In this document: piece after piece, positions 17,454-25,242 of the stretch
How the letters are laid out: each line of letters starts with the position of its first letter
Position numbering within the stretch: position 1 is the first letter of the stretch
Virus record (IMG/VR): IMGVR_UViG_3300031689_000016
Location: 1-37,663 of that record
DNA length: 37,663 nucleotides
Source of the DNA: a virus
Taxonomy: Duplodnaviria > Caudoviricetes
Strand: one strand, 5' to 3'
Made by a program: the position numbers and the translations under genes
The notes under the pieces: generated by a model
Databases searched by the model: none
Told to the model about the DNA's origin: nothing
Seen by the model: the letters and a program-made list of their open reading frames with translations, nothing else

Positions 17454-18584
17454 TTATTTTAATAAGTTATTTATAATTGATTGTATTACATTTACAGTAA
17501 TTGTATTACCTAGTTGCTTATACCTTTGAGTATCGCTTACTCCAGATGTAAATTCATCAGGAAAGCCTTGTAGTCTTTCAGCTTCAATAGGAGTTAATCT
17601 TCTTATGCTGCCTGTGTTTTTATGTATTCTATTAACACTACTAAGAAATTCAGATGAAGAACCAGCTCTATTCCCTGTTGCTTCAGTTAGACAACACATA
17701 ACCTCAACTGCTTGAGCATTTCCTGTATCTAAGCAATATGAAGTACCATCTTCTTTTTTTAATCTACCCACACCACCTTTACCTGTCTTACTAGTTCTTG
17801 GATATAGACTATGAGATATTACTCTATCATCTTTAAAACAAGGAGTATCACCACCAACCTTTAAGGTTTTACAAACCCCATCTATCTCCATTGGCTTTCT
17901 CTCCATAAATTTACTTTTATATATACCATTTACCATCCTTTGACTTAAGAAAAATTTAGGATCAACAGATTTCTCTAAAATGTCCTTGAGTTTTACTTTT
18001 AAAGGGATTGGGGTAGGAAATCTAAAGTCATTATCTTCATCATCTCTTATTCCCACTATAAATATTCTCTCTCTATTTTGTGGAACTCCAAAGTTTTTAG
18101 TGTTTAATACTTGATAATGAACATTATAACCTAAGTTATCAAATGGCATTATTGAATATTGATTGTTTTCAGTTTTAGCAATACAATCTATTATTGTTCT
18201 AAATGTTTTACCATTATCGTGGCTTAACAATCCCTTTACATTTTCTCCAATAAAATATTTAGGTCTATGTTCTCTTAAATATCTTAGTGCATCATAAAAC
18301 AAAGTACCCCTAGTGTCATCAAATCCACCCCTCCTTCCTGCTAAACTAAATGCTTGACAAGGAAATCCAAACACTAACAAATCTACAGAAGGCACTTCTT
18401 TCATATCTAATTTAGTTACATCCTCATACATATAATCAGGACTAAAATTCTTGATATATGTTTCTCTAGCAAACTTATCTATTTCACAAGCGAATTTAAT
18501 CTCATGTTCTACTCCTAAATTTAACATTGCCTGTTCTGGGCTTCCTATTCCACTAAAAAAAGTGCCTACTCTAATTTTATTCAT
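17454..18584 (-). CDS. C5-cytosine DNA methyltransferase (orphan)
   Basis: Motif I FSGIG, IV GFPCQAFS, VI ENV, VIII QNRERIF, IX RRLTPIEAERLQGFP, X KQLGN. The ATG at 18584 is preferred over the TTG at 18590. Confidence 0.95.
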   Translation of the reverse strand: MNKIRVGTFFSGIGSPEQAMLNLGVEHEIKFACEIDKFARETYIKNFSPDYMYEDVTKLDMKEVPSVDLLVFGFPCQAFSLAGRRGGFDDTRGTLFYDALRYLREHRPKYFIGENVKGLLSHDNGKTFRTIIDCIAKTENNQYSIMPFDNLGYNVHYQVLNTKNFGVPQNRERIFIVGIRDDEDNDFRFPTPIPLKVKLKDILEKSVDPKFFLSQRMVNGIYKSKFMERKPMEIDGVCKTLKVGGDTPCFKDDRVISHSLYPRTSKTGKGGVGRLKKEDGTSYCLDTGNAQAVEVMCCLTEATGNRAGSSSEFLSSVNRIHKNTGSIRRLTPIEAERLQGFPDEFTSGVSDTQRYKQLGNTITVNVIQSIINNLLK

Positions 18585-18585
18585 A

Positions 18586-18618
18586 TACAATATAATGGTT
18601 TATTTTATTAATATCAAA
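18586..18618 (-). promoter_or_regulatory. Host-type promoter TTTG-N20-TATATTGTA for the methyltransferase
   Basis: Fits Bacteroidota -33/-7 spacing; fills the helicase-MTase gap. Confidence 0.55.
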
Positions 18619-18620
18619 AT

Positions 18621-20318
18621 TTATAACATACTTTCTTGACCATCCTTTAAATAAGAGTTGTCATCCAAAGCTTCTCCTACTTCACTATACCTACCATTTT
18701 GTAAATTATATTTAAACTCAACTTTACCTAACTCTCCAATATGTCTGAATTTAACTTTTTGGACATAAACATCAGTTAAACCAGCTTTAAAATCTCTATA
18801 AACTGTTATTCCATTATCAACTTGATTGTAAAAGTTAGCAGAACCAGCCACATCATAAAGAGTTGGAACATCATAATAACCATTATCTTGTTTTTGCATC
18901 TTTCTAGGATGTGCTACTAGGAATATATGTATATCATATTTTTGTTTAAATATTGTGAGCTTAGTCAAAAACTTATTTATAAAATTAGTTTCGTTTTGAC
19001 CTCCAATATTAGCATCAATTTTATTATATGGATCAATTATTAAAGCATTTATACCATGCCTTCTAATTAATCCTTTTGCAGTTTCAAGTATAGAGTCTAT
19101 TTTATATACATCACCATCAGGTCTTATCCAATGGAAATGTTCTGATATAAAGTCTTTAGCTGAACCTAATTCACTTTTAGTCATCCTATCATATCTAGTT
19201 ATTTTTCTAAATGATTTGCCAATTAACTTTTCGGCTAGTACAGAAAAATGTAGTTGCATAGGATAATGCTCTGGACTAAACACACCAAACTTCCAACCAT
19301 GTTGAGCAGATAATCTCATTGCTAAATGTTCTAAAAAATTACTTTTACCATGAGTAGGTATTCCAGTTATAACAGTTAATTGTGATGAAGCAAAACTAAA
19401 TAAATTATCAAATGAATTATGATTAATAGTATTACCTCTTTTTAATCCTTGATCATATAATGTATCAATATCTACATCAAAATCATTTACATTCAACACA
19501 CCTTCTAATGGATAGCTTTGAGCATTATCTATACAATGTTTAACTGCATCTTTATCGTAGCTAATTAAAACATCATTAATATCTTTACATCCATCTGGAT
19601 ATGCAACTCTATAACAAATATCTCTACCTATTCTTCTTGATAATTCCTCTTGTAGCTTTTTACCTGGCTCATCATTATCTACAGCTAAATAAACTTTTTC
19701 TAAATCTTCAGGAAAATCTTTTAAATATTCCATCTTTAAATTACTAGCACCATTAGGTACTGAAACACAATTCTTATATCCAGCTTCATAAAATGCCAAC
19801 TTATCCATCTCTCCCTCCACAACTATAACACTAGTCTTTCCTAATAAATCATCTAGTCCATACATAATTCTTTCGGCATCCTTTACTAGTTTAAAATTCT
19901 TAGCTGCATCTCTATATTTTACATTAATTAATTTACTATCTCTAAAGTATTTAAACTGTATAGTAGTTGCTTCTTTACCTACTTGTGGCATATATTCTTT
20001 ACCCTCTGCAATTCTATTCTTTATCATAGTTTCAGCAGATATTCCTCTATCATAAAACCATTTTATAAGTTTTTCAGAGTAAACTTGATTTACATTTAAC
20101 TCTTTTGGTAATACAAAAGGCTTTTCATTCATAAAATTGTTTTGTTTTTTTAATCCTCCATTCCAACCACAATTATGACAATTCCAAATGCCATCATCTA
20201 TATTAACTGAAAGGCAAGGATCAGATTTCTTTTTTCTATCTTGAGAACACTTAGGACATTTTGTTTTAACTTGTCCTGAGTTTCTTTTTATTGATATGCC
20301 GTATTCATGAAAACTCAT
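18621..20318 (-). CDS. Bifunctional primase-helicase (T7 gp4/Twinkle-like)
   Basis: Zn finger CPKC...CHNC, TOPRIM VEGEMD and DND, Walker A GIPTHGKS, Walker B IIDP, LVAHPRK, VQKVK. Confidence 0.95.
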   Translation of the reverse strand: MSFHEYGISIKRNSGQVKTKCPKCSQDRKKKSDPCLSVNIDDGIWNCHNCGWNGGLKKQNNFMNEKPFVLPKELNVNQVYSEKLIKWFYDRGISAETMIKNRIAEGKEYMPQVGKEATTIQFKYFRDSKLINVKYRDAAKNFKLVKDAERIMYGLDDLLGKTSVIVVEGEMDKLAFYEAGYKNCVSVPNGASNLKMEYLKDFPEDLEKVYLAVDNDEPGKKLQEELSRRIGRDICYRVAYPDGCKDINDVLISYDKDAVKHCIDNAQSYPLEGVLNVNDFDVDIDTLYDQGLKRGNTINHNSFDNLFSFASSQLTVITGIPTHGKSNFLEHLAMRLSAQHGWKFGVFSPEHYPMQLHFSVLAEKLIGKSFRKITRYDRMTKSELGSAKDFISEHFHWIRPDGDVYKIDSILETAKGLIRRHGINALIIDPYNKIDANIGGQNETNFINKFLTKLTIFKQKYDIHIFLVAHPRKMQKQDNGYYDVPTLYDVAGSANFYNQVDNGITVYRDFKAGLTDVYVQKVKFRHIGELGKVEFKYNLQNGRYSEVGEALDDNSYLKDGQESML

Positions 20319-20950
20319 TAAAACACCATTCCATCAAATTCACCTCCTGACACTCTACCCTTAATATTTGAAGTGATTTCATCATCCCAACATTCTTGGC
20401 TCAACCAAGTGGCAGGATGTTTTTTAAATTTAGAATCTGTTATTGAATCTGAATATTGTTGTGCAGACACAACACATTTCTTGCAATTATCTAAACTTAA
20501 TTTAATAAACTTATCATAACATAATTTCCTGCTTTTCTTTACATTATAAGCTTCCCAAAATTCTGAAAATAAAACAGTCTTTTCATTCTTAGTATTATCC
20601 TCTACATTTTTGAGGGGGGGTGTTCCACATTTTTGTGGAGGGGGTATTTTTGCTGATGTAGGTATCTTAGAAACAAGAGAAATCATCCTCTGATCTACAT
20701 TCTTGGCATCATTTTTAACTAAATATATTTTAATAAAATTATGCAAAGATAAATTCTGTAAATTTCTACTTATACTTTTAGGATTTCTATCAAATAGCTT
20801 TCCAAAATAAGCGTTAGATGCCCAACAATAGCCTTTAAAGTTCGTTAAACAGGTTATTTCGGCATAAAGCAATCTTTCCATTGGATTCAGTTTTTTACTG
20901 TATCTAACATCAGCAGGAATTACTGCGTAATAATTTGGTTTTTCACTCAT
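20318..20950 (-). CDS. Phage replication initiator/replisome organiser with N-terminal HTH
   Basis: PNYYAVIPADVRY...LLYAEI..L...GYCWASNAYF N-terminus; FSEFWEAY...HPATWL C-terminus. Confidence 0.8.
   Translation of the reverse strand: MSEKPNYYAVIPADVRYSKKLNPMERLLYAEITCLTNFKGYCWASNAYFGKLFDRNPKSISRNLQNLSLHNFIKIYLVKNDAKNVDQRMISLVSKIPTSAKIPPPQKCGTPPLKNVEDNTKNEKTVLFSEFWEAYNVKKSRKLCYDKFIKLSLDNCKKCVVSAQQYSDSITDSKFKKHPATWLSQECWDDEITSNIKGRVSGGEFDGMVF
20604..20653. repeat. Imperfect 23-bp-period direct repeat inside the initiator gene (iteron-like)
   Basis: ACATTTTTGAGGGGGGGT at 20604, ACATTTTTGTGGAGGGGGT at 20627, partial ATTTTTG at 20646. Confidence 0.5.
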
Positions 20951-21210
20951 AAATCTAATTTTATTTGATTTTTACTAGGATTCCATTTGTAGTAAAATAA
21001 AGTATAGCTTGTACCTCTACCAAACTTATCTTCAAATGTTTCTGATCCTAGTAGTGGAGTGTCTTGGTCTATTGTCATTTCCTTATTATCATGTATGACA
21101 AGTATTTTTTCATTGTAATATTTATAAGGAATAGCAACAAGATTTACTCCTCTATGTCTATGATTAACTTTATATCCTTCTATAAGTTTTTTTAAAATAT
21201 AAGATTTCAT
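20947..21210 (-). CDS. Hypothetical protein
   Basis: 87-aa ORF, ATGA-coupled to the initiator gene. Confidence 0.7.
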   Translation of the reverse strand: MKSYILKKLIEGYKVNHRHRGVNLVAIPYKYYNEKILVIHDNKEMTIDQDTPLLGSETFEDKFGRGTSYTLFYYKWNPSKNQIKLDL

Positions 21211-21229
21211 GTTATTAGTTTTGTTAGTT

Positions 21230-21302
21230 AAAAAAAAGGGGAGAGTTACAATAATAAAAACATTTAATAGTTATATTTTGTCCGTAGTGGACACTCCCCC
21301 CT
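21230..21302 (-). terminator. Terminator-like element: 10-bp stem, 46-nt structured loop, U-tract
   Basis: AGGGGGGAGU/ACUCUCCCCU on the minus strand (one G-U pair), followed by a U run. Confidence 0.55.
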
Positions 21303-21309
21303 AATTTAT

Positions 21310-21594
21310 TTAGAATGGTAAATCATCTTCTTGTTGAACTACTGCTTTCTTAGCAGATGGTTGCCCAGCACCTTTAGTTGGCTTCCAAGTATCTACATAA
21401 GAGTAATGTGTTATTCCTGTATCAGAAGGTTCTTTTCTTCTTGCTACAATTAAATTACACCAACCATTATCATCTAGCTCTTTTAATTGAGCTATTACAT
21501 CTTCAGTCTTAAGACTAATCTTAAGCTGTGTTCCACCATTATCAAAAGTTTTTTCCTTGATAATAATTCCATTTACATACTGTTTGTCTGCCAT
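21310..21594 (-). CDS. Putative single-stranded DNA-binding protein
   Basis: Acidic tail EDDLPF after a flexible linker. A-rich start at 21594; the frame stays open to 21684. Confidence 0.6.
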   Translation of the reverse strand: MADKQYVNGIIIKEKTFDNGGTQLKISLKTEDVIAQLKELDDNGWCNLIVARRKEPSDTGITHYSYVDTWKPTKGAGQPSAKKAVVQQEDDLPF

Positions 21595-21680
21595 CTTTTT
21601 GTTGTTTTTAATTTTTGAAACTATTGAGGTCGTTCCATTAACCTGGTTATTATACATTGTTGTAAAATATTCTTCATTAA

Positions 21681-22070
21681 TCATAATAGTTCTAAGTTTA
21701 TTAGCTCTATTGATTGTTGTAATTCTTTTATTTGTTTAGCCATTAATCCTACTTTAGCTTTTCTATAGCCTGTATTGTACTCATCAAGACAGCTTTTATA
21801 TAAATCCCTATACTCTTCATAATATTTAAGATTCCAATCATGGTCATTAACATATTTTAATATAGAGGCGTGATGCTTACCAACTATCTCTGCTGATCTT
21901 TGAGATGTACATCCATTATCCCTCAACATATATCCCAAAACACTACGAGATAAAGCTATAGGTCTTTGTCTACACTTACCCCTAGTAACCTCTCTCTTAA
22001 CCCCAGAAACTAATTCTACAATTTCAACTATAGCTTCCTCTGTACTATTCAAATTTAATTTCTTCATCAC
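21681..22070 (-). CDS. DnaA domain IV-like HTH protein
   Basis: RQRPIALSRSVLGYMLR...SAEIVGKHHASILKY resembles DnaA C-terminal R..I..ARQ..MYL.R...IG..RDHTTV. Confidence 0.65.
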   Translation of the reverse strand: MMKKLNLNSTEEAIVEIVELVSGVKREVTRGKCRQRPIALSRSVLGYMLRDNGCTSQRSAEIVGKHHASILKYVNDHDWNLKYYEEYRDLYKSCLDEYNTGYRKAKVGLMAKQIKELQQSIELINLELL

Positions 22071-22575
22071 TTAATTTTTTTGCTTTTATTAATAATAATT
22101 TTAATTCTTTTTCATCTAGTTTTTCTTCAAGATGTTTCAATGATATTAGGAATCTTTTTTTATTATCTATTTCATTCATAAATAACTCCTCTTCATTATC
22201 TAAAACTTCAGATATACTTATATCTAATTTTTTAAAACAAAGCTCTAAATACTTAGTTCTTACTGTAGAACGGTGAATACTCTCTCCTAAGAATCCTAAA
22301 GCATCCCAACACACTCTTTCTGGATGATGATAAAAAACAGGACTAATACACCAGTATTTTTTTGGAATAACCTTTAAAAAATCATAAAAATAATTTATAG
22401 GTATTGTTGTTCCTATTGGTATTGTTGTGGCAACACTTTTACTTGTTAGAGAGAAAAGCCTTCTAACATTCTTTAGGCTTGAATACTCCTGCTCTGCACA
22501 TTTTTTTAAATTGTTCTTGAGTGTCTTTAGGGCAGTCGTTCTCCCTAAGATCTTTGATGATTTCTTCTGCTTCAT
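22045..22575 (-). CDS. Hypothetical protein (start uncertain)
   Basis: Fills the operon gap; the listed ATG implies a 113-nt overlap with the upstream gene. Confidence 0.6.
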   Translation of the reverse strand: MKQKKSSKILGRTTALKTLKNNLKKCAEQEYSSLKNVRRLFSLTSKSVATTIPIGTTIPINYFYDFLKVIPKKYWCISPVFYHHPERVCWDALGFLGESIHRSTVRTKYLELCFKKLDISISEVLDNEEELFMNEIDNKKRFLISLKHLEEKLDEKELKLLLIKAKKLSDEEIKFE

Positions 22576-22717
22576 TATATGTTAAATCGTTTAAATTAAT
22601 ATTACTGTATGAGTAATTACTAGCAGATGTAACCATAAGTTGTTCAATAAAACCTATTTGCCACATTGTACATTCTTTATCACCATCCTCTAATACATCA
22701 TCTATCCAGTCAGTCAT
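22463..22717 (-). CDS. Hypothetical acidic protein
   Basis: Start MTDWIDD at 22717 lies just after the upstream stop. Confidence 0.7.
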   Translation of the reverse strand: MTDWIDDVLEDGDKECTMWQIGFIEQLMVTSASNYSYSNINLNDLTYNEAEEIIKDLRENDCPKDTQEQFKKMCRAGVFKPKEC

Positions 22718-22718
22718 T

Positions 22719-23117
22719 TTATTTTGCTTTAAAGTCATCTGACTCATCTTCACCAAAAAACCCGTTTTCATAAAAACCAGCTAATTTTAGTACGATTCTT
22801 GACATAGCTCTCTTTTCTGCCATAGCAACTGGATATGCGTTCTTATTATTTTTAGGAGTTGCTTCCCCAAAGGTTTGAATGATTTTATCCCCCATCTTTC
22901 CTTTTGCTTTTATCAAGCAATGTGAATGGTCATCAGATAAATTAACTAATTCATATTGAATTTCTATACCTTGTGCCGACATAATCTTGTCTACACCAGC
23001 CCTAGTTATGATTGTATAATGTGCGTGTTTAAAAACATCTTCTTTTACTAGGTTATTGGCAATGAATAATCTTCTTAATGTTTCTTTTTTAGTTTCTGCT
23101 ACTTTATTTTCTGACAT
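22719..23117 (-). CDS. Putative ssDNA-annealing protein (Rad52/Sak-like)
   Basis: TFGEA..KN..NAYPVAMAEKRAMSR.VLKL motif; lies near the SSB-like gene. Confidence 0.5.
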   Translation of the reverse strand: MSENKVAETKKETLRRLFIANNLVKEDVFKHAHYTIITRAGVDKIMSAQGIEIQYELVNLSDDHSHCLIKAKGKMGDKIIQTFGEATPKNNKNAYPVAMAEKRAMSRIVLKLAGFYENGFFGEDESDDFKAK

Positions 23118-23293
23118 TTTTTTGTTTTTTTTGAATTATTACTTGTTTTATTTTCTGATGATGCTTTGTATAATGTTTTAAACATTTCTTCAGTACCCAT
23201 GTATGTAGCTATCATATACATCTCTGAATAATATTTTTGAATATCATCTTGCTCTTGTTGGTGTAGAGCAAACACTTCTTTCATTTTTCCCAT
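23099..23293 (-). CDS. Hypothetical protein
   Basis: 64 aa, MGKMKEVF N-terminus, A-rich start. Confidence 0.65.
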   Translation of the reverse strand: MGKMKEVFALHQQEQDDIQKYYSEMYMIATYMGTEEMFKTLYKASSENKTSNNSKKTKKCQKIK

Positions 23294-23307
23294 TTATTTA
23301 ATTTTAG

Positions 23308-23460
23308 TTATTTTTCACTTATTTGATTAAAATGTATTGATGCTTTCTTTCTTTCTTCATTGTGAATTTCAGCGTTCTTTTCTGCCATTGCTATTGATCC
23401 ACTAAAAAATCCAAAACCATACAATACAATCCCTACCATAATGCTTATTAATACTTCCAT
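23308..23460 (-). CDS. Small membrane-anchored protein (50 aa, absent from ORF track)
   Basis: MEVLISIMVGIVLYGFGFFSGSIAMAEKNAEIHNEERKKASIHFNQISEK*; fills the gap. Confidence 0.7.
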   Translation of the reverse strand: MEVLISIMVGIVLYGFGFFSGSIAMAEKNAEIHNEERKKASIHFNQISEK

Positions 23461-23487
23461 ATTATTATAATTTAATTAGTAATTTAT

Positions 23488-23769
23488 TTATACTCCTTCA
23501 GTATTATCTGCTACATGACATTCTTTTGAGCAATAACCACTATCCTCATTTAATTCTTCTCCACAAAATCTACAGTTATATACTTTTTCTACTAAATCTC
23601 TTTCATCTAACCAATCTTCACACTCATCACATATATATCCTTCTGATTCTGTATGCTCTTTACAAGAATAGCATAATCCACTTTCTGATATTTGTGCTTC
23701 ACAACAAGCACTTACTTCATCTTTTTCATACCCTGCATTACAGCAAGGGGTTGCTAATTTATCACACAT
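23488..23769 (-). CDS. Acidic multi-Cys (Zn ribbon-like) protein
   Basis: Two CC pairs, three CxxC and one CxxxC in 93 aa. Confidence 0.65.
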   Translation of the reverse strand: MCDKLATPCCNAGYEKDEVSACCEAQISESGLCYSCKEHTESEGYICDECEDWLDERDLVEKVYNCRFCGEELNEDSGYCSKECHVADNTEGV

Positions 23770-23770
23770 A

Positions 23771-24109
23771 TTAAAAGTTTACGATTATTTGTTTATTTTT
23801 AATATCTACATATAAGTCCATAGGCTGAATACAATTACCCCATTCTATATCTGTAGTATCTGACTTTAAAGTCCATCCTTTATCCTCTGAATCTATTTCT
23901 TGTCTATCCTCATCTAAAACTGATTCATCATCCTTATAAACCACTCCAATTACTCTTGTGGCATAAACTCCTAATTCCTTTATATACTCTCCTCTAAACT
24001 CTGAGTAATATTGCCACTCTACACTAAACGCACCCTCTAAAGAGCAATCATCAGTTAAACCTTTGTGTATAGTAACATCATATTGTGCTAATTTTGTTGT
24101 GAAATCCAT
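23771..24109 (-). CDS. Hypothetical acidic protein, first gene of the leftward operon
   Basis: 112 aa, start context AAAACAAAACAAAATG. Confidence 0.75.
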   Translation of the reverse strand: MDFTTKLAQYDVTIHKGLTDDCSLEGAFSVEWQYYSEFRGEYIKELGVYATRVIGVVYKDDESVLDEDRQEIDSEDKGWTLKSDTTDIEWGNCIQPMDLYVDIKNKQIIVNF

Positions 24110-24130
24110 TTTGTTTTGTTTTGATTAGAA

Positions 24131-24164
24131 TACAATGTAAAGACTAATATTTTACTTTACCAAA
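24131..24164 (-). promoter_or_regulatory. Host-type promoter TTTG-N21-TACATTGTA for the replication operon
   Basis: Divergent intergenic region; Bacteroidota -33/-7 spacing. Confidence 0.6.
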
Positions 24165-24194
24165 TTATTTGGACTAAATTTTTATTCCACTAAC

Positions 24195-24230
24195 TTCCAA
24201 ACTTTACAAAAAACATTGCGTTATATTGTA
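24195..24230 (+). promoter_or_regulatory. Putative phage promoter TTCCAAACT-N17-TTATATTGTA for the head operon
   Basis: Both boxes and the spacing are identical to 540-575; the ATG follows 3 nt later. Confidence 0.65.
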
Positions 24231-24233
24231 TTT

Positions 24234-25223
24234 ATGAATTGGTATAGTATAAAAAATATTGCTAAAAGTCAAATGACTGAGGTAATGATATATGATGAAA
24301 TTGGTAATTTTGGGGTTGATGCCAAGTCTTTTATTAATGAGATAAAACAAATCCCTAACGATACATCTGTTCTTTTAAGGATAAATTCACCAGGCGGTTC
24401 TGTTATAGATGGTTTAGCTATATATGATGCTATAAGCAGGATGCCACAAAAAGTTACTGCTCGTATAGAAGGAATTGCTGCTTCAATGGCTAGTGTTATT
24501 GCACTTGCTGCTGATGAAGTAATCATGAGTGAAAACTCTCTTTATATGATACACAATGTTTGGGGAGGTGAAGTTGGAGATTCAGATGATTTAAGAAAAG
24601 CGGCTGACCTTATGGATAAAATGGGTGAAAGGCTTATTAATATATATGTTTCAAAGACTGGTCAGACAGAGGAGCAAATCCGTTCTTGGATGGATGAAGA
24701 AACTTGGTTTAATAGTTTAGAAGCACAAGAAGCAGGTTTTATCAACTTAGTAGAAGAGCCTATAAAAATGGCAGCTATGTTTGATATAAAGAAGTACGAC
24801 TACAAGAATACAAGTATTGTAGAAAAATTATTTAATAATCAAAAAAAAGGAAAAATGGAAAAAGAGTTTGAAAACTTAAAAACTTTTATTTCTGATATGT
24901 TTAACAAATCATCAGAAATTAAAGAAGTAAAGATTCTTGACAACAAAGAAGTGTCTAATAAAATGATTGCTATAGAAGAGTCTATTGAAGAGTCTAGTAA
25001 AGCTATTGTTGAATTAAATGGTTCAATAGTTGAAAAGGATGGTTACATTGCAACATTAGAAGCAGAAATTGCTACTTATAAAGTTGCTAAAATGGAGGGA
25101 ACTCCAAGTGGTGTAGTACCAAGTAAAGATCCAAGTCCAACTCCAGAAGTTAAGGAAGTAAGCGTTTGGGAATCTTTTGCTAATACTATAGCAGAAGATA
25201 AAAAAATATATTTTAAAAATTAA
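24234..25223 (+). CDS. ClpP-family prohead protease with C-terminal scaffold-like region
   Basis: INSPGGSV, GIAASMAS (Ser), MIHN (His), ETWF; precedes the capsid gene. The ATG at 24234 is preferred over the TTG at 24216. Confidence 0.92.
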   Translation: MNWYSIKNIAKSQMTEVMIYDEIGNFGVDAKSFINEIKQIPNDTSVLLRINSPGGSVIDGLAIYDAISRMPQKVTARIEGIAASMASVIALAADEVIMSENSLYMIHNVWGGEVGDSDDLRKAADLMDKMGERLINIYVSKTGQTEEQIRSWMDEETWFNSLEAQEAGFINLVEEPIKMAAMFDIKKYDYKNTSIVEKLFNNQKKGKMEKEFENLKTFISDMFNKSSEIKEVKILDNKEVSNKMIAIEESIEESSKAIVELNGSIVEKDGYIATLEAEIATYKVAKMEGTPSGVVPSKDPSPTPEVKEVSVWESFANTIAEDKKIYFKN

Positions 25224-25242
25224 TTAAAAAAAACAAAAGAAA

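Noticed and set aside
17454-18584. Complete restriction-modification system, or a dcm gene call
   Set aside because: No cognate endonuclease recognised nearby, and target specificity cannot be assigned from the sequence.
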